A stretch of DNA of 64,000 nucleotides from the NCBI GenBank assembly GCA_010909165.1, contig MU008163.1:2152409-2216408 (forward strand). The letters run 5' to 3'. The translations under genes were made by a program, and so were the position numbers. Position 1 is the first letter of the stretch. Every line of letters begins with the position of its first letter. The stretch comes from Anthoceros angustus. Its lineage: Eukaryota > Plantae > Anthocerotophyta. Under the pieces are notes generated by a model. That model searched no databases, was not told the DNA's origin, and saw only the letters and a list, made by a program, of their open reading frames with translations. This document shows, in pieces, positions 12,806-22,044 of the stretch.

Positions 12806-13311
12806 TATGATAAAAATATAAAAGCATTGAAGTTTAACCACTATTCTACACTTGATTTAAATACTAGTAGTGTGAAGTATATCAAATAACCAGCAGGTTG
12901 AAAAGTTGGATACACTCTGTTCCAAAAGTCCACATTTGTTTCAAGCAAACACTTGTAAGAATAGGGTCACCTATAAAAAGAGAAGAAACTTCGGAGCAAA
13001 GTTTGAGCTATTATGAATAAGTTGGCAAATCATTCCTGATATTTTCGTGGGCAGAAGAAAAGAAAGTGTTCCTCATTCTAAACTTCCCTATAGCATAACC
13101 TGCATATTATGGTCTCCTTAGGTGGCCTTGGGTGTAGCCATCTATCAGTCTCAATTATGAGACGGAGAGACCCCACACGAAAATGACCTATAATCATCCT
13201 AAGGTTGAAGGACATATGGTCGCAAAGATAGAGTGGAAGCAAGCATCTTCCAGACTTGGAGAGGACACGAAAAAGTTGTTTGTAAGTCTAGAGAGTTTTG
13301 CAGGATGACCC

Positions 13312-13640
13312 GTCTTTGAAGGAAAGACAGTATGAGCTGAAGGAAAGACCTGTCTTTGAAGGAAAGACAGTATGAGCTGAAGGTAAAGGCATTGACTTGT
13401 TGGCAAAAGCGAGACAAGAGGAATAGCAGCTAAGGACCTTTTTCACCCCCTTCCCTGCCTCCACTTATCTCATCATCAAACTCAACATCAAGGTGCATAC
13501 CTGGATGCGGATCATTATGTAGATATGTGTGCAAATATGTAGTTTGTTAGGGAGAGGGCATTATGTAGATATGTGTGCAAATATGTAGTTTGTTAGGGAG
13601 AGGGCATTATGTAGATATGTGTGCAAATAGTTTGTTAGAG
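13312..13640. repeat. 40-bp duplication (13312-13383) and 46-bp triplication (13513-13640)
   Basis: gtctttgaaggaaagacagtatgagctgaagg occurs twice; cattatgtagatatgtgtgcaaata.gtagtttgttagggagaggg occurs three times. Confidence 0.9.
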
Positions 13641-13707
13641 GACGTACTTGATAGACTATGGAATATAACAGTGAGTGGAGTAGGTGTAATGCCTTCAATG
13701 ACTGCAA

Positions 13708-14267
13708 GAGGGTATGCAGATTTTGAAGACTTTCAAACAATGGAAATCCGTCATGATCCTATTGTGGAAGAAATATGGGGAGATCACTAATCCAGTGTTG
13801 GTCGTATGTAAAGAACCAATGGTGGAAGTGGATGATTTGGTGAACCTAGAAGCGCCTCAAGAGAAGATAAAGTTTAAGACTGTTATGCATGGTTTGGGGA
13901 GTATTTTACAGTCGCTACATGACCGGCCACATGATGCCACATAGAACATCCTTTCCTCAAATTCATGGAGAAAAGAAGAAGAAGAATTTTATTTAAGTCC
14001 ATGAGGGTATGCAGATTTTGAAGACTTTCAAACAATGGAAAGAGGTTATGATCCTGTTGTGGAAGAAATATGGGAGATCACTAATCCGATATTGATTACA
14101 CGTAAAGAACAAGGGTGAAAGTGGATGATTTGGTGAACCTAGAAGCGCCTTAAGAGAAGATAAAGTTTAAGGTGGTTATGCATGGTTTTGGGAGTATTTT
14201 ACAATCGCTATGAGAGGCCACATGATGCCACAGATACCATCCTTTCCCTCAAGGCCATGGAGAGAAA
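13708..14267. repeat. ~265-bp direct repeat separated by a 30-bp tail fragment of the (TTC)n element
   Basis: gagggtatgcagattttgaagactttcaaacaatggaaa starts at 13708 and 14003; the spacer 13973-14002 is aagaagaagaagaattttatttaagtccat. Confidence 0.85.
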
Positions 14268-14993
14268 GGAGTGGCAAAGCACCAGCTAGAGTCAGGCAAT
14301 CAATCACAAATTACTTCATGCTTTACTAGATATAATGGTCATTGATCAAATTAATTAATATTATTATCTTTGCGATATTATATTCTATATTTACGAATTG
14401 ATTTTCTATTTTTAATTAAAATTGTTAATTAAAAATATGATTATATGGATACATATTATAACTGGTACGTCGGTATCTACTACTCCATTAGTGTGCAAGG
14501 TACATCCAACATCATCCTTGCGTCTACGACATACATATGTAGCGGATGTTCCGGTCTGTAGGGCCGGCGGCTGGTGTCCGAGGTCCCATAGGCGTGATGT
14601 GATGGAGTTTTACTTAAACCAGTGCTTGGCTGTGTCTGCCACAAGTTCCATGGCTCGCGTCTCTCCTCGTGGCTGTTTGGCATCCGAGTTTCACGACCCG
14701 TTTCAGCTCTTCAGCTGAATGCTGGTTGAGGCGAGTGATTCCTTCTCGTCTCTTGCTTGCATCGGGTCTGTGCCGGTCTGCTCGAATCGCAGTTCCTCTG
14801 AAGCCCATGAGCAGCTTGGGCCTGGAGCAATGCGGCGCTGTGGCCCCGGAGATCCATGGCTCTGTATGTGAGTCCGGATGACGGAAACGAGGAGGGTCGC
14901 CTGTGAAGGAGGGCAGATGCACCGGCAATCTGCGCTAGAGGATAGCGAGGCAGGAAGAAGCAGCAGGATCGGGTCGTTTTGCTGAGCGTCTGA

Positions 14994-16815
14994 ATGCGGG
15001 GGCCTGCCATGGCGGCGGGCATTGCAGGGAAGGGGAATCCATTGGAGGCAGCCGTGCGTGGTGTGGTGCAGAAGGGGCTGCTGCTTGGGAGCAGCGTTGG
15101 GAGACGGTGCGAGGTGAGGGTCGTTCAAGGCAGGAATGCGGTGTCCGGGAGGTTGAGCAGCCGGGGGGTTGTGGGTTTTGCTTTCGCGGGGCGCTGTGGT
15201 AGGTCGAAGGGGGTGGCGTGCTACTCCAGTGATGCTTGTGAGACGAGCTCGACGGTGGAGCAGCAGAAGGCTGATCAGCCGTACGGTCTGCCTGAGAAGA
15301 AGCTGCCTGGATGCTGGGATGTGGTGGGGTTGGGGCAGGCCATGGTGAGTGGGGGTTCTGTTTGTGTTGGTGCTTCAGAGGGATGGGATGGGATGGAATG
15401 GGGACTGTAGGGCTGATTGTAGCTCGGTTGGCTGCAGGTAGACTTTTCTGGTGTGGTGGACGATTCGTTTTTGGAGCAGTTGGGGTTGATTAAGGGTCGG
15501 AGGAAGGTCGTGAATCACGAGGAAAGGGGGAAGGTCCTACGTGCACTGGATGGCTGCAGTTACAAGTTGTCTGCTGGCGGGTCCTTGTCCAACACGCTGG
15601 TGGCCCTTGCGAGATTGGGTAGCTTTTCTGATGGGCAGTCGGTTCTCAATGTCGCCATGACAGGAAGTGTGGGGAGTGATGCGTTGGGAGATTTTTACAG
15701 GTAGGATTGACTACTGTGCTCTCAGAGTCTGGAAGTCTTGGCTTGGTGAGGTGGAAGATGAGCAAGTAGTGGAGATGTTTCGCAGGACCAAACTCTTACG
15801 GGCCAACGTTCACTTCTTGTCCAAGCCCGTGGTGGATGGGACCACTGGTACAGTCATCGTTCTCACAACACCCGACGCTCAGCGGACCATGCTGTCTTAC
15901 CAGGTGACGATGTACTCCATACAGCATGGCATCGAGACACTGCAACGTTTTGATCTTTGCTGGGGCTGAATGGGGTGCGCATGGTCTTTACTGCGCCATG
16001 TTTCAGGGGATGTCTTCACTTGTGGATTTTGATTCGATCCTGGCTGGAGCTATCGGCATGTCCCGGGTGCTGGTGGTCGAAGGCTATTTGTGGGAGATTC
16101 CTCAAACCATTGAGGCCATTGCCCGGGCCTGTGAAGCAGCTCGCGAAAAGGGAGTTCTTGTAGCACTCACTGCCAGTGATGTGACTTGCATCAAACAAAA
16201 TCGTCAGCAGTTCTGGTGAGCCGATAGCTCACCAGGATTGGTGGGCCTCTTTGTGGATGCCTCTTTGCAGACACAGTTGCTTTTCGTTTGAAGGTTAGAA
16301 AGGGACTTTTTCACTGACTGTTTACTCTTCCCTGACGATGTGCCATCAGGGACGTCATGGCTAGTTCTGCCGACATCCTTTTTGCCAACAGTGATGAGGC
16401 TCGAGCACTTGCAGGATTTCACTCGTCGACTAGTCCTGCGCTTGCAGCCAAGCAGCTGAGCATGTTTTGTCCCCTTGTATCGGTTACAGATGGGGCAGAG
16501 GGCTCGTACATCAGCATGAAGGGAGAAGTAGTCTACATTCCACCATTGCCTTGTGTCCCAGTAGATACATGTGGGGCTGGTGATGCATATGCTGCAGGGG
16601 TATTATATGGCTTGCTACGAGGAGTGTCGGACCTCAAGGCCATAGGGAATTTCGCAGCCATGGTGGCATCCGTGGTTGTCTGTCAGCAGGGGACAAGGCT
16701 GGCGGAGGAGGATGCGGAGGAGCTTGCGAAGGGAGTGACATGCTTGGCTCCCGGGCGTGCCTCGTCTCTGTTAGGGGTCATCGACGTTCAGAAGGAAGCG
16801 CAGCTACTAGACTGA
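14994..16815 (+). CDS. NARA5: pfkB-family carbohydrate kinase, NARA5-like, plastid-targeted, multi-exon
   Basis: WDVVGLGQAMV|DFSGVVDDSFLEQLGLIKG..VVNHEERGKVL..DGCSYK..AGGSLSNTLVALARLG; GTTGTVIVLTTPDAQRTMLSYQ; VDTCGAGDAYAAGVLYG (pfkB signature). Confidence 0.9.
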
Positions 16816-17026
16816 TGAGCTCGGCAGTCTGAAGCTGCATTGTGTTCCTTGTACATAAGCCAGTAGGACCGTCATCGATACCCAATGTCTGGAGGAGGTC
16901 GTCGCTAACAAAGGGATGCAGCACTGTCTCCATGGTCGTCATGACTTCACCAACCCTTTGGGCACACTCTCATTGGCTCTCTTTTGTACAACAAATCAGG
17001 AATAGAGAAACAGGAAGGCATAGGTA

Positions 17027-18988
17027 CTAAATCTTTCCAAGCCTTTGTATTGTTCCAAACAGGGACTGGCTCAAGTCTTTCACTGTAGGAGGCACACCTT
17101 CGGTACCAGTGATTTTCTCGAGCAGGTCGCTAATTTCGCGTAACAGTCCACGATAGTCTAGCGGCTGTGGCTGATCCGCCTTTTGGAAACTTTCCTCGAC
17201 GGATTTCAATGAGGTGCCTAACATCTGCAGCACTAGCTTCACCACGTCCTCATCTTTCCAGAACTCATCGTCGTCAAGCAGATTCCTGACGACAGAAAGT
17301 GTATCTACGATACTCTCCTCCATAGCCTTTGTCCCAATCTCACTCACAACTACCTCAAATGCGTGCTCAACTCTATCCACCTCCAACTCTGAGACGGCTT
17401 TCCTGCGGAACTGCAAGACCTTGACCAGAAGATGTTCCAGCAACGCGACGGTTAGCTTCCAATTTCTGCTAACCTCCAGCAATTTAACCAGATGTGATGC
17501 TGCATCCTGAGATTTGGTCCGCGCGAGCTCCAGCCTGTCTGCAGTTTCTGTGTCCGAGAAAGTCCAGGTGACGTCATTGTAGCTAGGATTCAGCAAATAC
17601 TCGCTCACCACACGCAAAGTGGGTCTTAGAGGTTGTGCCAACAATGCGAGCACCATGTCATCCAACACCCTCCAGAGTCTATCAACTTGGTTCTGATGTT
17701 CGTGAAGGGACAGACTGTCCTGAACCTTCTTCGGGTCCAAAAAACCCTTCGCAAATGCTGGCTTGCCTGTACCTTCCGCACCCGGGGCTCGCTTCAGCAT
17801 GCGGTGCAGAGAAAGCAGCATAGGAGACACTGGTTTGAGTAGCCTGAACAGACTTAGTTTCAGCACCTTTGATCCTTCATGCCCGGCCATAATTAACTGG
17901 TGCATTTGCCACAAGCTGTTGAGCAAGGTTTGCTCCGAGACAGGCATCCCATCCCGTGCGGCGAACGTGAGCAAGGTCTGCGCAAGAGGCAGCAGCAAGT
18001 GTTCCTCACCAAGTTGGGGATCCTGATTGTACATGATGCAGGCCAGAAGCACAGATGTCTGCTGCATGTTGGTCACGGTCCTCACTGCAGTCTCGCTTTT
18101 GGTGGGAGAAGGTGGTGGGAACAGCAGGAAGAGGCGATGCAGCTGAGAGCAGACGCTCGTGTAGTACTCCTGCCTGGTGGTGACTGATTCAGGGCACCGG
18201 GCAAGGTGCGTGGCAGCTCTCTTGAACACCGCGATGTTTCCTGGCTCAGCCTCGCCGACCAGCCGCTCAAGAACGGCGGCAACTCCACCCTCCCGCAACA
18301 CAAGCCTGGAGAGGAGGCGCCCAGCTTGCAGATTGAGCCATCCCGGAGGCCTAGGTTCCCTTTGAGCGAGCAGGATCAGCAACGACTCCACGGCGTGGGC
18401 CACTGGCAGCATGTTCACCATCTGGTCCAACCTAGCAGTGCAATCTCTGTCGGGTTGCTCTTCCGGATTCCCCCCATACGCCAATTGCAGATAACCTGCA
18501 AACAGGTCCACGAGGTGATGGGAAACCACAATCTGGCCCACTGCGCTTCCAGATTCGGCAAGAAGAAACAGATCGTCAGCGGACTTGAGCAGAAGGTCCC
18601 TGTTGCCCGCCAGCCCCTGCAAAAAAGCCTCCGAGAAGAATTCCTCCACTCCACTGAGCTCGCCCCCGACCTCTAAGTGCTTCATCACCGCAGCCGCCAG
18701 GCTGGCGGCAGCCTTGGCCAGGCTCCGCTTCCGGAGCGGAATTCCCACTCCTGGGCCCAGGTTGGGGGTAATCCCCCATCGCACCACCAGCTCCAATCCG
18801 GCCTTCACCACCAGCAAGCTGTGGGAGGCGGGGCCGGCATCCTCACCCTCCAGAGCCCCAGCCCCCTCGAAGCTCTTCACCAGCTGAATACAGGCCTGCA
18901 GCACTTGCACCCTGCAGTCTCCAGAAGCTTCAGGCTGCCTGATAGACTGCAGCAAGCTGTGGGTCTTCTCCTCCACTATCCTCTGCAT
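17027..18988 (-). CDS. TANGO6: TANGO6/RTP1-like HEAT-repeat protein, intronless, apparently lacking the C-terminal RTP1 domains
   Basis: LELVVRWGITPNLGPGVGIPLRKR, HLVDLFAGYLQL, LSRLVLREGGVAAV and EYYTSVCSQL resemble conserved TANGO6 blocks. Likely ATG is 18988; the ORF stays open to 19162. Confidence 0.7.
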   Translation of the reverse strand: MQRIVEEKTHSLLQSIRQPEASGDCRVQVLQACIQLVKSFEGAGALEGEDAGPASHSLLVVKAGLELVVRWGITPNLGPGVGIPLRKRSLAKAAASLAAAVMKHLEVGGELSGVEEFFSEAFLQGLAGNRDLLLKSADDLFLLAESGSAVGQIVVSHHLVDLFAGYLQLAYGGNPEEQPDRDCTARLDQMVNMLPVAHAVESLLILLAQREPRPPGWLNLQAGRLLSRLVLREGGVAAVLERLVGEAEPGNIAVFKRAATHLARCPESVTTRQEYYTSVCSQLHRLFLLFPPPSPTKSETAVRTVTNMQQTSVLLACIMYNQDPQLGEEHLLLPLAQTLLTFAARDGMPVSEQTLLNSLWQMHQLIMAGHEGSKVLKLSLFRLLKPVSPMLLSLHRMLKRAPGAEGTGKPAFAKGFLDPKKVQDSLSLHEHQNQVDRLWRVLDDMVLALLAQPLRPTLRVVSEYLLNPSYNDVTWTFSDTETADRLELARTKSQDAASHLVKLLEVSRNWKLTVALLEHLLVKVLQFRRKAVSELEVDRVEHAFEVVVSEIGTKAMEESIVDTLSVVRNLLDDDEFWKDEDVVKLVLQMLGTSLKSVEESFQKADQPQPLDYRGLLREISDLLEKITGTEGVPPTVKDLSQSLFGTIQRLGKI

Positions 18989-19060
18989 CTTCGCCAAATG
19001 ACCAGACCCAGAATCTTCAAATGCTGGACACAATCTCTCTTTATGTGGATTGCCCTCAAG

Positions 19061-19267
19061 AGTCCTCGTGGACGGAATTTTTTCAGTCATGCGACATGGT
19101 ACTTCACAACTTGTGCCTAAGCTACTTGCACCAAGGGCATCCACTCCCTCTAGGCACCCCATCTAAGCGCAGGATGCTTGAGCTTAGCTCGGGTACTTAG
19201 ATCGCCAGACAAGAAGAATGAAGAATTTTATTGAAGTCCACTGAGGACGGATTTCCGTCATGGGACT
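19061..19267 (-). mobile_element. Two head-to-tail partial copies of the (TTC)n element
   Basis: 19061-19200 is a diverged tail plus middle (tgcctaagctacttgcaccaagggcatccactccctctaggcaccccatctaag). 19211-19267 is a second tail (aagaagaatgaagaattttattgaagtccactgaggacggatttccgtcatgggact). Confidence 0.7.
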
Positions 19268-19567
19268 GAAATATGGATCCATGACTGAAGTATTATAACT
19301 GCATATATAATAAACTGGTCTGGACTAATGTAAAGGTCTCAACTACCTACATAGAACCGTCTAACTCGTGAAACTTTTAGTCATGCAATTCGCCCGTGGG
19401 GCAACCGATCGGGCCAGGAGCCGAAAGGGCTTCCCCTAAACTTCCAACTGAGAAATCACATCTCCACATCACACATCACACTGAGAAATCTTGAAAGTTT
19501 TGAAACGACCGTTGTTCCGATCGGTGTACCATAGACAACGCATCCATCAGAAGTAACATATCTTACA

Positions 19568-20953
19568 TTACGACTGGACACTGCAACCCGCAAAAGTATC
19601 TTCTAAATCGTGAATTGCCCAAGGATCATTGGATCTAACGACGCCCAGCTGCCTGTTTTCATTGTCTCCAAACACAAAAACCTTCCCTTGCCGATCTGCC
19701 ACCGCAGTGTGATAGAAACCTGTGGAGACATGAGTGATATGGTGGCTGCTCAACGACGACATAAATACTGGGGTAAACTGCTTGGAAGAGATGTGGGCAT
19801 CACCAGGGCCAAGAGCACCGAAAGCTGTCCATCCAAATGAAAACACCTGGCCGTTATCATCAACTACGAGCGTCTTGCGTTTCCTGCTGACTACATGAAC
19901 GGCCCGGTGGTGCCGCAAAGCCAGAACTTTCTCTGGCAACGCTCTATCCAACTCGTCTCCATGCCCCAGAGCTCCGCAGTAGCCCAATCCCCAGGTATAG
20001 ACAAACCCGGACGAGTCAATGGCAGCAGCTTGCTCCTCTCCCGCAGCAGTGGCCACGATGAAAACTCCCTGGTTGTGGAAGGTTTCCACAAGGCGGGGCC
20101 GCACTTCGGAACTGGGAGAGCCGTGTCCCAGGCAGAGCTTTGCTCCACTTCCGAAGGAGTAGAGATCTCCGTCATGTGTGACAGCCAGAGTGCATGCTGC
20201 TCCAGCTGAGACAAAAGCTACAGGTCCGAGTCCTTCAATCTTCTGAGGAAGGGGCCTATCCTGTGTGTCTCCATGACCTAGCAGCCCCTCCCACCCGCGG
20301 CCCCAGGTGTAGACATCCCCTGCTGTGGTGAGAGCTACAGTGAAGTCCTCCCCTGTCTGCACTTGCTTACAGACATGCCCTGACAGAGCTGTCACCAGAG
20401 TCGGCTGCAGCACGTCCCCAGTGACGCCATGCCCGCAGCACCCAGAAGCATTGCCACCGAAGGTAAAAATCTCTCCCTTTTCAGACAGGATAGCCACATG
20501 GTTACAACTCCCAGAGACCTGCGCAACACGCACTGGATGGGGCAAATGCACTAAGTTTGGACCCCCGGAATCCAAGCCGGCAATCCTACCACTATACATC
20601 AGCTGTCCCTCTTTGTTTACCACCAGAGTGACGTACCTCCCTGTTGCTATCTTGCATTGCGCAGCTCGAGCAAGGCCGTGAAGGAATCTGAGAACCACCT
20701 TCCACGATCCGTTACATCTGGCCAGGAGCAGAGAGCGTGCACTGGGGGAAAGCCAGGAGAAGAGGACCTCATCCTGGCATCGACGCCGGGCAGCCACCTC
20801 TGGCAAGGAGTGGAAGCGGTATGGGACGACGCCACTTGCGGCCCTGAAAGCGTAGCATACATTCTCCAACCTCGCCAGATCCTCCGCTTGCATATGCTTG
20901 CTTGCTAAAATAGTTTGCAGAAGCTCGGACGGAAGAGTGCTTAGATCAGCCAT
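19568..20953 (-). CDS. RCC1-repeat protein with N-terminal F-box-like segment
   Basis: Intronless 461 aa. LSTLPSELLQTIL...EDLARLENVC...RCNGSWKVVLRFL is followed by repeated G-x-x-H/F...G-x-V-Y-T-W-G...G-x-L-G-H-G RCC1 blades. Confidence 0.9.
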   Translation of the reverse strand: MADLSTLPSELLQTILASKHMQAEDLARLENVCYAFRAASGVVPYRFHSLPEVAARRRCQDEVLFSWLSPSARSLLLARCNGSWKVVLRFLHGLARAAQCKIATGRYVTLVVNKEGQLMYSGRIAGLDSGGPNLVHLPHPVRVAQVSGSCNHVAILSEKGEIFTFGGNASGCCGHGVTGDVLQPTLVTALSGHVCKQVQTGEDFTVALTTAGDVYTWGRGWEGLLGHGDTQDRPLPQKIEGLGPVAFVSAGAACTLAVTHDGDLYSFGSGAKLCLGHGSPSSEVRPRLVETFHNQGVFIVATAAGEEQAAAIDSSGFVYTWGLGYCGALGHGDELDRALPEKVLALRHHRAVHVVSRKRKTLVVDDNGQVFSFGWTAFGALGPGDAHISSKQFTPVFMSSLSSHHITHVSTGFYHTAVADRQGKVFVFGDNENRQLGVVRSNDPWAIHDLEDTFAGCSVQS

Positions 20954-22044
20954 AGCCAGGGCTCAGCTTAGACACGATGCTTCTGTCGGAATGCGCCCGT
21001 TCTCCTTCTTGCAAGTGAGTTACATGGGATGAAAGCAGTTCACTTCTGAACCTTCACAGGAAAGCAGCCTCCAGCCTGAACGCATCAGAAGCTCGATCCT
21101 CTGGACCTTCCTTCACAGAAAATCCTTGTCAGCCTGAAGGTCTTCCCGCATCTGGAGCTTCATTCGCCTGAAGGTATCCGAGACCGAGTTACGCACAAGC
21201 CTGAAGGTCTTCTGGCATCTAGAGCTTCACTCGCCTGACGGTATATTTGCGATCGATTTCCGCCATATCGTGACCTGAAGGGTAGGTTCCGTGCACTGCA
21301 AGTGAGGCTTGACTGCAGAGATGCTGATGAAAACCTTCGAGCTTCCAGCTCATTTCCCGTTTCGATGAAGTCGTGACGAGCTTGGAACGCGTTCGCCGAC
21401 AAGGTAGGGTTGTCAACAGCCTCTGCTACTCACAGAGAAAGACATAGCTGACAGGCAACAATTGTTGGTTTGCCAAGTGAATTTAATGATCGGATTTACA
21501 AAGTTGTTTACTATCACAAATGTTGGTGCATGGCACGCACGTCTTTGTGCAAGTCCATGCATGTCCAAATCTGCCACGCGCATATTGGTGACAGTGCCAC
21601 GTGAGTGCGTGAGGACACCTCACCTTCCATCCCTCTTCGGTCAGCTGCGAGCTTTTCTCTTCTCCATCACCAATGCTCGTGGGGGTTTGCGAGTTCCTTA
21701 AGCTTACACTCTGCAACCAAGCCCGGATTCGAATCAGCACAAGGCACACAAGAAACGAAACCAGATGCAACACGCCTGTAACATCATATACCAAGGAAGA
21801 AGACTGTTGAATCGAAAGACCAAGAAGAGGACGGCCATCAACGCTTGGGTGTGTACTTGCTGAAGGACAAACACAGGCATATTTTAGATACAAAGCAAGA
21901 CACAAAGCAGACCGTGAGACTCGAGTAGCCAGAGCCGAAGATATAGTTACCTGACGCAGTCACCCTCATCAGGGAAGCCCAGCTTTGAGGCTGTCATGAC
22001 GCCGGAAGTGATCGTTTGTGCCCACGGAGGGGCCTTCAGTAAGG

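Noticed and set aside
19241-19267. CTGAGGA plus hairpin in the (TTC)n element as a hammerhead core
   Set aside because: No GAAA follows the stem, and other copies read ctaagga or ctcatga.
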